Shown here piece after piece: positions 25,501 to 38,680 of a stretch of DNA of 64,000 bases. A program made the position numbers and the translations under genes. How positions within the stretch are numbered: position 1 is the first letter of the stretch; every line of letters starts with the position of its first letter. The notes under the pieces were generated by a model. The model was not told the DNA's origin. It ran no database searches and worked only from the letters and a program-made list of their open reading frames with translations. Source of the stretch: Amoebophrya sp. A120 (Eukaryota; Protista; Dinoflagellata). The stretch lies in contig CAJINV010000011.1 of assembly GCA_905178155.1 (NCBI GenBank), forward strand, positions 2,838,485-2,902,484. The letters are read 5' to 3'.

Positions 25501-28500
25501 GTTCTGCGCATCAAAACACTTCGCCAGCTGCAGACTTCCGCTGTTATTTTCCAAGTTGTCTACGAAGGTGGCATCTTGTTCTGCAGCGGCCACGACTTCT
25601 CCGCGCCCGGACCAATCCGGCAGGTCCTCCTCTTGTTCCACCTCATGCTGATTATACATTTTGCTCGACTTCTGCCGACGAAGTACAACAACGGCGGGGG
25701 TCTGTTGCGGTTTTTGCTGGGGCTGCTCCGTGTCCTCTCGTGGAAGACGAACAGCAGGCAAGGGAGTGGTTAATATTGCAGCTTCCGTCGCCGCCCCTCC
25801 GGCGGTTAACTGTGGCCGATGTCCTCGTCGTGGTGGTCCTGCACCAGTCCCTGTGGCAGAAGACGAGGACGGCGTTTGGATGAATCTAGCCGGCTCTGCT
25901 GAGCGCCGCACCTCCTTGTTCCTGCTCTCTACTATCATGTCTTGCTCACAGCAGTCTCGCAGTAGCTCGTCCACTGCTCTTGTATCCACAAGTCGTCGTG
26001 GCTCTTCACCCTTATTTCCAAGAAAGCCATTAGCTTGTCCAGGTGGATCCTGTAGCTGCTCCTGCTGCGCACGGACTTGCTGCAGCGGATCAGGATAGCC
26101 CAGTGAGCTAACGCAGGACTGGTAGGACGTGCACACAGATTCGGATGCATTCGGCGGCAATTGTACTACGGGAGGTGGGCACCCCCGCTTTATTCTTCTG
26201 TCTGCAGCTTGTCCGCGTGTCTCGTCGCAGTGAGCTGAAAATTAGTTGGGAGTCGGAATCTGAGTCGAGATCGAGAACGAGAACGAATTTTTGTAATATC
26301 AACCCGCATGCGAAATAGACACACACTTTTGCACCGCCGTGAAATTGTGCCTGAGTCCCCCCTCATCCTCAAATGCTCTGCCTCTGCAGCATGCTGGAGC
26401 GAAAAATACTTCTACAGTAGTATAGTTACTTTGAAAAATGGCATCTTTCAAAAGCAAAAATGTAGTACCACTTAGTACCATGAAGTTCCTCTAAGCTTGC
26501 GCCAGCAGCCTCATCCGCACTGGAGTAGCTGATTCCCAATGTTGACCTCGGAGTTAACTGTCCCTCATCTTCGGACGAAAGCGGGGCCACGTGGATGCTG
26601 CTAGCACCGCGCCCCCTGTTCCGCCGGCTCGCCACACACGACCAGAAGGAGTGCCAAAGAAATACGTAGCACCGCTCGCAGGCTCGAGTTGTCCCTCGCC
26701 GCCAAACGCTGATGCTGGGGCGTATGCTTTCTTGTTTTTCGCCGCCTGTAGAAGTTCTTGTGTAGTCCGGCTGGTGCTCAACAGCTGTAGAAGCAGCGTC
26801 CTTTCCTTTGTTCATCGCATGTAGATGTACGAGGTTGATAGCTCCTGCTGGGCGGCCTTGAAGATGCAGTTTGTTTTCGTCCCCCTGTATGTGCAGTACA
26901 TCTACATCTCCACTTCCACTTCCGCACAGAATGCCTCCGTGCCGGTCATCTACCCCGCGGAGGTGTTCCAGACTGTCTTTTTTATACGGGTCTACCTCGC
27001 ACAGGCTCGGCGACTTGCTACTGTTTGTCCTACAGGTAGTACTAGCGGGGCCAGTCGCGGTGCTGGTGAACATGCTTTGTTCGGACGAGCCGGCAGATGA
27101 ATGGTGCTGGAGATGATGAGCAGCTGGCTGATTGTCGTGCTCTACGGCCACGCCTTTTCTTGGAGGCGTTCCACTTCTTTTTCCCAATGTTGTTGATTTC
27201 GGCTGCAGAAACGAAGAAGTTGATACTGTTCCAACTTCTCCTGCTGCCCGCCGTCCTCGCGAAGGACTTTTTGTACTATCTGCGTTGGACGTGAAGAACG
27301 ACGTCGACCCACCACGGCTTCGTATGATCTCCTGCTGCTTCATCTGAAGTTCGTCCTCGCAGCGCTCTAGGTCGTGCTCGTCCTCGTGGTCCACCTCCGC
27401 ATGATAGTCTGAGGAACAGCCTGCCTCGTCATTTGAAGACGACGTTAGTACACTACCTGCTGTGCCGCCGGGTCCTCGTGCAGCACGACCTTGTTGTGCA
27501 AGTAGATCGTGGCGGTGCTGGTTCTTCGCGGGACCACGCGCTAATAGACTTTGCATCGACGTCACGGAGGCGCTTAATAAACTCGCTGCGTCGTCATCAG
27601 GAACAAAAGTGAGACCAGCAGCTGGAGCACCAATAACTTGCGGAAGAATGTTGTTCATGTTGACCTGGACTCCGGTTGAGGACGAGCCCTGTTCTTGTGA
27701 GGACGACAGTGGCGGGTAGGAGGTGCAGATTGAGGCCGCGCTGCTGTCGCTGAAACTGCGTCCTCCGATACAACCTCTGGAAGACGACAATCGCGAGGTC
27801 GGCGACACGCACGCGGAGGCGCCGGATGCGGACCCCCCTGTCGTCGTGCTTTGGTGCTCGCAAATGGTTGCCGGCGGCTCGGTGGAAGACACCGAGGACG
27901 AGCGTGGACCACTACCGTGAAGGATATAGTGCGTCGCCGTGGAGGTCTTCTGCTCGTTGGTTTCAAGCTCGTCCTCGTCCTGCACAACTTGCAAGCGAAT
28001 GCCCTTCTGCGGTTGAGATGAAGAAGCACAAGCGCCCTTATTTGATGGTGCAGAAGATGAAGCTGCTGCAGCTGCGCCACCTCGTGCGTAATTCTCACCC
28101 GCGGCCCCCTCGCCTCCTCGCGCCGAAGATGCTGAAGTAGAGCTGGTTTTATTCCCGCCACCAACTGTGGTAGAGAAGATCGAAGTTTTTCCACCCGATG
28201 AAGAGGCTTTTGACGCACGACTTTTCGTACTGCTACTCCCCGTGGAGGTTCGAGTCCCGGTGGCAGTTCGCGTCGCCCGGCTGAGCATCATATGATCAGA
28301 GGAACTAGTACCCAGGACCTCCACTTGCTGAAAGTACGGCACGCCGTCTGCCATCACCGCGCCGCCCGCACCCGTTGTAGTAGCCATGATCTGTGCGTAG
28401 CACGGGGTAGCGTCCGGCTGCACAAGTAGTTGCAGTTGTTGATGTCGCCGCTGGTGTCCACCTCCACCTCCAGGCCGCGCTTGGTGCTGTTGGTCCTCTT

Positions 28501-30293
28501 GCCGTTTAGTGTCTTCATTTTTGGCTAAAAATTGTACGTCACTACAAGTTGTACTCTCTTTGAAAACACCAGCAGGAGAGGAGGACGCAGCTCCTGCACC
28601 AGTTGGGGATTTTTTTTTCCTGTCCCGAGGTGGACCCGCCAGAAGCGATTGCGCCAGTATCACAGGAAAAAGTGTTAACGTTAACGGAATTTGTGATGCA
28701 ATACAGCATCACAAAACGTGCCCAAATTTGTAATGCATAACATGCACGCTGGGCAAAATTTGTCATGCTCATTTGCAATCCATGAAAACCGTTAACGTTA
28801 ACACTTTTTTGTTTCATAGCCAGCGGGGGCGGACCAAGAAGATCTCCTAGTCCGATCGCTTGAACAAAGGGGCTGTCGCGTCCTTTTGACGTCGGAGATG
28901 AGTTTTTACTTTCGTAATATAATCCCTGTAGCTGTTTGCTCGTGGTGCCTTGAGGCGGCTCCGCTATTTGTTGTAGTTGTTCTGCGTGTTGATCAATTTC
29001 ATCTCCGGTTCTTGCTCCTCCAATGAGGGGTTCGCGCTCTACCTGTTCCACCCCGCGCCAACATCGTGAAGACGACGAGGCCGGCTGTTCTACTCGTCGA
29101 CCGCCCGCCCGTCCAGGTGCGGGAACCGACATGAAGGAGCAGAGCGATGCGAGCGCGCGACCACGACGGGGAACGATGGGACAACTCTCAAACTTTTTCG
29201 GCGATAGCAGGCCCCTCGTCTCCGAGGACGAAGAAGCATTTGCTGCGTCCTCATCCTCGTCATGAAACAAACAGACGCCTGCCGCACCCTGTTGGGTGGC
29301 CGGCGGGGCGGTATGGCGTGGCTGAACGCTACGACCACCTCCACCTGGCACTACCTGCTTCGAACGCCCGCCCTTCCGCAAGCGCAGGGTGTGATTGCTG
29401 CGCAAACTGGCGTCCCGCGCAGACGACTGCATCAAAAGCGCAGGTTCTTGTGAAGACGCGTTTCTAGCTTGCGAAGTAGAGGTCGTTATGTTGTTGAAAT
29501 AAGCGCGTGCCGCTCCAGGAAGCGCCAGCAGTTCTATCGGGGACTGGTCTTCAGAGTGGAATGGTGCCTCTTGCTGCAGCACCGTCTGCAAGGTCGAGGG
29601 CGCCGTGTAGTGTCTGCGGAACACGCTCATGTCAATTTGTGCTGCTTCAAACGCTGCATTCGAAGTACACATGGTGCAGATCGCGTCGGGAGATGACATG
29701 GGTCGCGGGAGATGCGCTGGAGGCGGGCCAATTGAAGCTTCTTGCTTTTTGGCGATCTGAAGAACGGGCTCTTGCCCGGATTCCGAACAACAAGCGTCAC
29801 GAAAAACGTCTTTCGTGTAGTTCTTTTTGTTCGGCTCGGACGGCGAAGTAGGAGTGCCGGCATTCATCATCAGCTCGACGTCGCTACTAGCAGTCTTGAC
29901 GCTCCCCTCGTCCACGGCCATTGCCGTGGCGTTTAGAGTGGCTAAGTCGTTAATGACGTTTGCCAGAAGGTTCGCCGTTAGTTCCTCGAGCTCGACGTCT
30001 TCGTCCTGCCCCGGTTTAGTATTTGGTGCTGCTTCAACTGGTAGAGATGCAGCTGGTGGTGGTGCAGAAGAAGTACTACTCTCGACTACTTCCACCTCGT
30101 CCAGAGCAGGAGCTTGGTAAGCTTGCTCGTCGGTGTTGCTTTCGTGATAGGACCTCGGAGAAGCTCCAGCGCCACTAACGACGCGAATCGTGATAGGATT
30201 GCACAGCAGTTTACTTGCCACGGCAATTATTCCCGCGATATATAACAGCGACGCAGCATGAACATGCCGCAGCCGCTTCTGCGTGTCGATCAT
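22551..30293 (-). CDS. Very large low-complexity (Ser/Gly/Ala/Gln-rich) protein of unknown function, ~6 exons
   Basis: Five long minus-strand ORFs join in frame across introners at 28658, 25182, 24504 and 22593 and a GT-AG intron at ~26235-26478; no recognisable domain; both ends uncertain. Confidence 0.55.
22593..22876. mobile_element. TIR introner, family C-like
   Basis: tatcctgattaaaaacgtccccac / gtggggatgtttttgcacgggata; flanks tttgt / tttat (1 mismatch). Confidence 0.82.
24504..24617. mobile_element. Decayed family A introner
   Basis: tatgcatcgcaaat...ccgggtctga / cccagatcgatatttgcaatgcata; direct repeat lost, frame restored by removing element + 5 nt. Confidence 0.7.
25182..25375. mobile_element. 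Decayed family A introner
   Basis: tatgcatggcaaatatgtct / ggacatatctaccttcata; flanks gtgaa / gaact differ, frame restored by removing element + 5 nt. Confidence 0.68.
28658..28818. mobile_element. TIR introner, family D (aaaagtgttaacgttaacgg core)
   Basis: Direct repeat gccag; junction PPLAQSLL in frame. Confidence 0.9.
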
Positions 30294-32435
30294 AATCGCC
30301 GAACGAGGGCCGTCCACAGAGGGAAACTGTTGAAACTACCCGAAGAACAGACGTTTGCGTTGCTTCCTCGTGCTTCTACTTGCGATATCTTCGTGTTCGT
30401 GCTCGTGCGTAGCACAATGACGACGCGCCGGGAGCACCCACTGTTCAAGCGTTGAGGTGGAGGTCCTTGTGGCGGACAAAACGCGCCTCGTCCATCTCGC
30501 TGTGATGATGTTGTAAAGATGTGTAGCGAGCAAAAGCACTGCGGATCGTACTTCTATTATACGCAGTTTATACTTCCTCCGCGTTCATCCGTGGTGGAGG
30601 TGATGAACTTCTGCTTGTGTTGGTGATTTTCGTTCCTTTAGCTCCCTTGCCAAGGCCAGGGTCCTCACGGAGAAGCGTGAGCTTTTACTCCTAGGCCAGG
30701 CCTGATCGGATCAGGCCTGGCTCCTTACTGTAACTCTGCGCACGCGCGAACAGGAATACGATCTGGTAGATAACAACTTCAGTGTCCTTTATATTAGCTC
30801 CGGTTGCGTGCTGTCCTTTTTCGAAGCTAGAGAAGCTGCTGCGTGTCCTTTTGCGAAGGCACTACCGTGACCACTTCCTTTGGCTTCTGTTGTGCTCCTT
30901 TCTGATTGGAATTCTTATCAACATGGCTTACTTCTCGATTGCGATTTTCCCTTTCCATGCCGTTGACGTAGGTATAGCGCCGTGCGAACCTTCCACGCAA
31001 CGCAAGTTGTTCAGTTGGTTGGTTCTGGTTCGGCTCGTCAAGTCGTGTTAGAATTTGCCGGAGGCACAAGAAAAAAATTGTGTTGGTGGTACGTACACGT
31101 AGATGATCATGATGAGAAAACATGTAGTATAAAAAAACGTGGTTTTAGTTTTCGGCGTGTGGTTCGTCATGCTCTTTCTGATCGAATCCCATACTCGTCG
31201 ACTTCGTGATTGCTGTTCCCCTTCCCGCGAAGGGCGCCAATCGATGTCAAATACGGCCGGAGGAGAATAGGGGAAAACGAGGAACGGATTGTTGTGAGAG
31301 CAATAAGCGTAAGGTGTCAAATAGAAGCATCCGAGTGGTCAAGGAATAGTAATGTCATACTGAAAGAACTGAAAGTGGATAAAAAGTCAAAAGGTCCAAG
31401 GAGGTAATGGTAAATTGAAAACAACATCCATAAGAGGCGTGGCCCATGATCAGAATGAAGAACAAATACAAAAGCTACATATATATATTTCTTACGGTAA
31501 TTTTAATATACTAAGTACGTATACCGTGGGAAAACCGAGGACTACCAACAAACAAAGCTGTACTCACTTTGTCAATGTGGTATTTTCGTACAACTATCGA
31601 GATTCTGTAAAGGCCCGTGGCGATTATTTACACAGAATTAGCAGAAATCAATCAAGTTGCTTCCCATCCTATATTCCAGTGTACGACTAGAGGCTCAAGT
31701 TCACAAATAAGTTTAAGAAGCCCCTTGCTACGCGCCTGTAGACAGAGGGACCATATTTTTTCCGCTGGAATAAGATGCCGTTTTGGATGAAATCAACAGA
31801 TTGGAAAAACGTACAACATGAGAATCAGAATGAAACAAACGCAATCCGGAGTGATCTCGAGGTGAATGTCCTCTCCTGAGGCCAACAACAAGTGTTTTTC
31901 TTTCCTGTTCTTTCACATGACATTACCAGTGACTGCTCGATCATCTGAGTAGCGTCAACACAGACGAAATATGCTGCCGGACGTCAAAGCCTATCGGGGT
32001 TGAGGTTGTTCATTGGTCTTCAAATTTACGCCGGGCAAATGTCGCACTTCAATCAGGAGGGCATTGATTTTTGCACAGCCACAGCACTTGGCCCGGCATT
32101 GGTTCATTGATTTTTCGCAAGGATTGCGCAAGACTTCATTTGATAACATTCTTCCGAATTGTATTCAGATTCGAAAGCCATGCTGTGCGAATATCGCAAC
32201 ATACAAGCAACATCTCCAGTTGGGAAAAAAAAAGAATGGCTTTTTGTTTATTTCCATGAATGAAATAAGTAGCCTCCACGACTGGAATAGCCTAGATTTT
32301 TTTCCTGTGAGTTCGTGCCTTGTGCATTTTTGTTCCGGTCGTGGTAAGATGAAATAGAGCAGCGACAGCTACAACATCTCTCTGCAACAGCAGACCATCC
32401 ACAGCTATTCGACCACGCCGGCGGTCGTACTACTC

Positions 32436-35400
32436 TCAGTCCTCGTTTTATCCCACGAGAAAAGTGTTACAGTTACACATTTGTAGGCAATTCAGCAACA
32501 CAAATGTCCCTGCATGAGAGAGAAAACTTGTAATGCAGAAATCCTACGGGAAAACACCTATGAAACGAGGCTTCTATGCATATCCGGCATGACAGAGCTT
32601 GTCTGTCTTGCTTGGCCTGCAACACAATGTGTAACTGTAACACTTTTTTTTTGCAATACGTTTTCGTTTCCACCCTCGGAAGGCACGGAGTCCTCCTCAT
32701 CGTGTAGATCCACTTCGTCCACAGCATCGACGAAATCCTCTTCATCATCGACGTGCACACCAGCAGCGGTGGATGTGGCTCCTTCGCAGAGATTTGAGGT
32801 CAGCGCCCCCGTAGCCGTAGACGTTCTTGCTGCATCAACTCGGAGTTCACATGCGCCGACGCTCGGTTCTTGTCCTGTGAGACCACTGGTGCTCGTCAAA
32901 AGCGGTGCCAAGTGAGTCGGGTGCGGCGCGGCGCTCGCCGCAAGCAAGGTTGGGGGCGCTGCATGTTGTGTAGGTACGAATCGGGATGGTGCAGCAAGGT
33001 GGGCATCAGGTATTGCACTGCCACCTGGTGCTGTATTCTGCATTGGCTTGGAGCCTTGATGTAGTTGCCAAGGTGTTATTGCAGTCATACTACCAGTACT
33101 AGTTGAATTTGTGCCGTTTCTGGCGCTCTCCGCCCCGCCCCCTGCAACTGCTTCTAGTTTTGTAGCGGGGACGACTACTGGCTGAACAACGGAAAAAGCA
33201 GGAGCGGAGGGCCGCGTGAGTTTGTCTTCACATGCAATTCTTTCGTCCTCCACTTGCATACTTGTTTCAAGGGTCGCCGTGCTAGTGCCGCCACTCTTCA
33301 TCTCAGCCGTAGTATTTTTGCCGAGGACGGTCGTATGTTTATTCGGGAGGACGGTGCTTGCGACATGCTGCCCGGCACGACCTTCCTGCTTCGCGTTTAT
33401 TCCTGTTCCTGTTTGCATCAAGTCCTCTCGTGAAGAAGATGTCGTGTAATAGCCCGGCGCAGCGGATTTTAAAATCGCACTGCGGCCGTGCGCACGCGGA
33501 CCAGCAGGAACTTGCTGCTGGCCTTGCTTTTTCGCCGGCTTGCTGTTGCTGTTTGGAGCTGCACTTGAAGCAGGCTTCACATACAGGTCAAAGACCACCA
33601 CAAGCGGTTTATGGTCGCTGCCTTGCTGCTCCTATCCTCTGCAAATGTATCGCACTCGCAGTAATTACAACCAAGCATGACAAGGCCCACCTTCTAATAT
33701 CTGATCTAGCATGACAAATTGTATATTTTCTTGAAAAAATTTGTAATGCAGTTCATACGTAGTACGATGCTTTTGCAATGCATAGCTCCGAAACGACCAC
33801 AATATCCAGCTCATCCACGTGAAGCTGGTCGACGGCGCCCCCGCGTGGCTGGAACAAGAGAACCCGGTCTGCCGCCGCGGGGAAGTGAAACCTGAGAAAA
33901 GGGAAGATGAACCCGTGTGGTTGTGCAATTGCAACCAGGTCAAAATTCTATTCAACGTTTATACGTTTTCACATCATGCAGCAGAGGATGACGCGCCGCA
34001 ACTCTCTCTGTCCCACTGCCGCTTTGATACAACATCAGCAATTTCTTCGTACCTTTTGAACCGCTTTCCCTCGTCGGCACGGTCTCTGTAGAGAGCGCCT
34101 GGCCCCTCAAACGCGGAAATTCGGTCCAGGGCGGCGGCGTAAGCGTCGCGCGGCTCTCCGTTTGCAGATGAACCTGTATTTGTGCAAGAAGAGTTCTTGT
34201 CTACCTCGAAATGCTCGGTGTTTGAAGAAAACGACACCACAGCCGCGGACTGCTCGTAGTAACTGCCGCTGCGCTATCAAATGGAAATATGTCTGGGTCT
34301 GGAAATTTGGAATTTGTAATGCTAGCTTTTCATACCTAGGAAATCTGTACTGCATAACCAACAAAAGTCGCGGCCTCTTTTGTACACAGTTTCTCATGCG
34401 GGCTGCCTATGAGATTTTGTTCTGCAAAGTTGTCATGCTGGGCTGCATTCGAAAGTGTTTCCATCATCCACATTCTAGCATCACATTCACAAGTTTCCAG
34501 ACCCAGACATATTTGCAATGCATATCCGCGTGCGCCGGTCCAGGCTGTTCGGTTGGTTCAACACGTGTGCCATGTTATCCTGTGCAAAAGTATCGTACGC
34601 GTATAGATGCAAGTCTTGCATTACAAATCTTTTTATTAGGGCAAATCCGCATGACAAATTCCATTTCTCATGCTAAGGAAATTTGTATTGCAATTTATAC
34701 TAGTACGATACTTTTGCAATGCATACATGTCTTCCACGGACAGCGGGTGTTTCTGCTCGTAGTTCTCATGAAATTTGTAGGTGACCCAGTGCTGGGTCCC
34801 GCACGCGGTCGAAAGGTCAATCCAGTTGCCCGTGCCCTCGACGAGGCGATTGGATATCGCTGCGCAGTACCGGCGGTCCCGCAGGGTCTCCGTTAGCAGG
34901 TCCTTCACAACCAATCGGCCTTGTTGTTTCGACGTCCCATACGTGCTGGTGTTCAGAGAAGACTTAAACTGGTGGTGGTGGTCCTGCGGAGATGTAGTTG
35001 AAGCAGTCGACGCGACGGCTCGCCCTCCGGCATGAAAGTTACCACCACGGCGCTGTTGTGGCGCTGCGGAAGTACTCGAAGTTGTAGTAGAAGCCCCGCC
35101 CGATGGACCACGACTATGTTGCATAGTTATTCCCGGATCGAACAGAAGAAGCGTTCGGGAGTTTACATCTCCCGAAAGCATCACCAGTGTGTCATTGTCA
35201 AGCATCCCGGCCTCGGCGGCGCGCGCCAGCATCCGTCGGAGGTTCCGCGCCATCACATACTTGCAGCTTTCCAGGACGTCATTGTTGCCGCGCGAAAGAG
35301 CATGCTTTTTCTCAGGCTGCGGCTGCGGAGGAACTGCATGTGAAGAACCAGCCTCGTGCGCACGTGCAAAGTTCGATGGAATGCCGTTGACCTCACCATT

Positions 35401-37668
35401 GCGTGGTCCAGAAGTACCGTTAGATGCGGTAGAAGGGCCAGAGCCGCCACTTTGGTAGTTGTAAAGGTTTTGACGGTAGAAGTCTGGCGGCTCCGGGACG
35501 ACCATAGTACGCGGCTGGTGCGGCCCATGCTGATACTGTGAGGAGCCAGCCGGAAGCGGCCGTATCCTGTCTGTACTACTTGGATGGACCGAAGTGGAGG
35601 TCCCTGTGTGGTTCATCTGATTGTACAACGACGAGGCCGTCGACCCGTTTATCGCAGATGTTTCCCCAGATAAACTCGACGTAGCCACTGGTGCGGCTTT
35701 CTTTCCCCTATCATCTACTCTAGACCGAGAATCAGAACCTCCCGCAGATGAACAAGACGAAGACGACGCAACAATATGATCTTCCGGCGCAAAATGACTA
35801 CTCCCGGGTACGCAGTGGGGGAAGTATTCTTCTCCGTTGCGCCACCCGACGTCGTACGTGTTTTGTTCGAGATGCCGCGCGATCTTTCCGATCGGGAAGT
35901 GGGCGCCGATGCACAGAATTTTCACCTTGCTGTTGCGCAGCCGGAGTTCCTTGCCCGAGAAGGCCTTCTTCGGGTTTGGAATGTTCTCGTGTTCCGGGCA
36001 AATGCCGAAAAACGTCTTCGGCTGTGGCTGGAACACGGAGCTCTTCGCGAGGAGCAAGGTTTTCAGATTTCCGTTCCAGTTGGTCGCCAGTTTCGCGGTC
36101 AGCGACTGCCACATGCCCCCGCCGAATTTCTCCTGGTGCTCGATGCGCGTGCTATGAGAGTGCACAACTCCCCGTCCCCCTCATTTGTATGGCAAGAACA
36201 GCAACACAAACAACAGCAGCTAAGTGCCTTCCGCATGACAAACCGGACATGGATTGTAGTCCTGTGTGAGTGTCCGAAACTTGTCATGCAAAAAGTGCTT
36301 AAAGCCACCAAGTAGATTCGGTATTTTGCATTACAAATGAGGGGGAGGGGGAGTTGTGCAATCTCATACGCGTTCGTCTGCTCGCAGATGTCCAGTCCGC
36401 GCTTGTCCGCGAGCTGCTTCTTCCACTTCTTCACAAAAGGGGTCAAAGCGCTCTGCGTCTCCGCAAAGGAGAAAAAGATCAGATCGCGGGTCGTCGCAGG
36501 GGACTCGATCATGTCAGATGAGGATGCTTCTAGGGCGGGGGGCATCTCGAAAGAACGACCTCCAAATCGTGAAACATTGCTCGCGGGTCCCCTTGGGTTT
36601 CTTGACATTTGGATTTGGTCAACAGCATAATCATGATACACGTGTGCACTACTACTACTCCCGTTGGTGTTTGTCCTTACAAATTGCGGTTCAGAATTTT
36701 GAGAGCCTGGTGGCTGTTGATGCTGCGACGACGTGTAATCAACACGTCGATTCGGCTGCTCGTGCTGCAGTGCAGTGTGGTCTGTACCACTTCTACCGGC
36801 GCTCCACCTTCCATCCGGCGGAGGGCCTCCCGATGTGGTGCGAGTGGTCGTGCTACTTGAGGTGCGCGACGCGAACGATACCCGAGGACCCGGGAAAGGA
36901 GCATGGTGCTGTTCTGCGAACAAGATCGAAGATGAGCGACCTCCTGTCTTACAACTAGTACTCGAACACGAAGACGCGGTCGACGACACCCGCGCGAGGC
37001 GGTGAATCCCTTTCTTGAACTGCACCTGCTCTTCTTCCTCGTCGGTGGACGACACAGACGAATCCGAATCCGTAGAGGAACCGCCTCTACTTTTATTCCC
37101 TCGTCCCGCATAATACAGCCGATCCCCACTTCCATGCACCGTCCCCCCACCGCGGACCGACACGATCGAAGCAGTGAGACGACGGCGCGGGTTCTCGTTC
37201 GGTAAACCAGAGGTGGAGTTGTGGTCGTCTCCACTAGGAGGGGAGGCGGAAGTTGCAGCCAAGCGGGAATGATTCGACGGCGGGGTCGTGTGCGTAGTCT
37301 GTGATGTTGTAGTGGCTGTGCCTCCACCTGCAGACGGTGGTTTTCTGCAGCTTGAGCGTCCCTGGCTGGATCTGGTCGGCTCCTTCACTACATTTTTGCC
37401 CCTACTCGCCTATCCAGGAAAAAAGACCGATACCCATCCATTTTTTGCATGACAAATACAGGATTTTATGCACGTTTTGCATGGCAAATTGGCTGGGGAT
37501 TGGTGTTTTTGTGGATATCGCCCCTGGGTCTTCCACTTCCACGGGAACAGGCACCAACAGGTCGGTGATCTCCAAATTACTGTTGTTGCCCATGTTGAAA
37601 GTGTACACACAGCAGCGGATCCGCTCCCCTAAGTCGTGGTGGTCGTGGAGGCCAGCATCATGCTCCAT
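32436..37668 (-). CDS. Inositol polyphosphate 5-phosphatase-like (EEP fold) protein with long low-complexity inserts, 8 exons
   Basis: Motifs in the expected order: VYTFNMGN, CIGAHF, SGDVNSR, VTYKF, PAAADRVL, SDHKPL; six introners plus GT-AG intron 33892-34052. Confidence 0.8.
32449..32658. mobile_element. TIR introner, family D-like (aaaagtgttacagttacac core)
   Basis: Direct repeat cgttt; lies two codons before the stop. Confidence 0.88.
33633..33784. mobile_element. TIR introner, family B
   Basis: Direct repeat gctcc; junction VSEQQGSDHKP in frame. Confidence 0.88.
34275..34524. mobile_element. TIR introner, family A
   Basis: Flanks tgcgc / tccgc (1 mismatch); junction TRSGSY in frame. 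Confidence 0.88.
34576..34725. mobile_element. TIR introner, family B
   Basis: Direct repeat catgt; junction EDMAHVL in frame. Confidence 0.9.
36153..36368. mobile_element. TIR introner, family E (tgcacaactcccc.tccccctcatttgta core)
   Basis: ~37-bp TIRs; flanks cgtgc / cgcgt (3/5 match); removing element + 5 nt restores TNARIEHQ. Confidence 0.85.
37411..37517. mobile_element. Short TIR introner (107 bp)
   Basis: tatcca...tggata ends; direct repeat tcgcc; junction PGASRGKN in frame. Confidence 0.85.
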
Positions 37669-38680
37669 AATTGCTCTTTATTGGATGAGTCGTTCTTCTT
37701 CTGGCAAATAACGTGGAAATCGAAGTAAGTAAAATGATAGGCAACGAGGTAGTAGTCCAGTACGTGATCGAGGCCGAAGGATCTTCACCTTGTATTTCTA
37801 TAAAAAGTTAAGATGTTTGAGTTTGTCTTTGCGTACTTGTGATCTTTAAGACAACAACAAAAACAGCACGAAGGTGGATCAACATGTCAATGTCACATCA
37901 GAGAAACGGTAGCGAGAAAAGGAAAACAAAGGCGAGTTTCACATTTAGGTTTACGGTAGAAGAAAAAACAGAAGCCATGCCTTTCAGAAGTTGATGTGGG
38001 CATCGCGTTCACGATCACGAGAAGATCAAAGCTGATTCCGCACGAGCATAAGTAGATGAACTACACCACCCAACGCTAGTATCTGTTAAGAGCAGTGTCG
38101 AACGGCCATGCGAGTGCCACTTGTAGCAGACACGACTGCATGCCAGAATTGCTACCTCGAGGCATGTATTGATTTGTGACCAAAACTTGCATACTTGGAA
38201 ACTATCTACTGAGCCTTCAATTGTACACGAGACACTACAAAGCGGCCATAAAGCAGCGCTGTGCTTGTTTTTTCATTCTGGTATATTGGACATAGACATT
38301 GACACTCTGAAGGCAGCCGATCGACAAGTGTCTTGCCTCTTTTCTTCGCTTTGTTTTCGTCATTCTCCTAAAGAGACACTCAAATCAGCAGCTGGCTAAT
38401 CATTTCTAATGCACTTGCTATGTTAATGAGATTCATTACTTTATGCGTTCTTATTCTTTCATCTGCGAAGATTTTTACACTCTCACTCTGTACGCTCACT
38501 GACAACAAGATTGCTTATTTATGTACCAGATTTGTTTATTCACACGAACTCGAATTGAGCACAACAAGCACAAAAGACAATTGGAATTGGTTTGAAAACA
38601 TTGATATCGACATCATTATTCTTGACAACTCGCACATAGACCATATCCCTTCGCGCCGCCGGTTTATTTCCTGTTCATCT

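Noticed and set aside
30318-30539. Upstream ORF in frame with the large gene, separated by a single TAG (possible readthrough or recoding)
   Set aside because: Other genes here end at TAA, TAG and TGA normally, and there is no homology support; probably 5' UTR.
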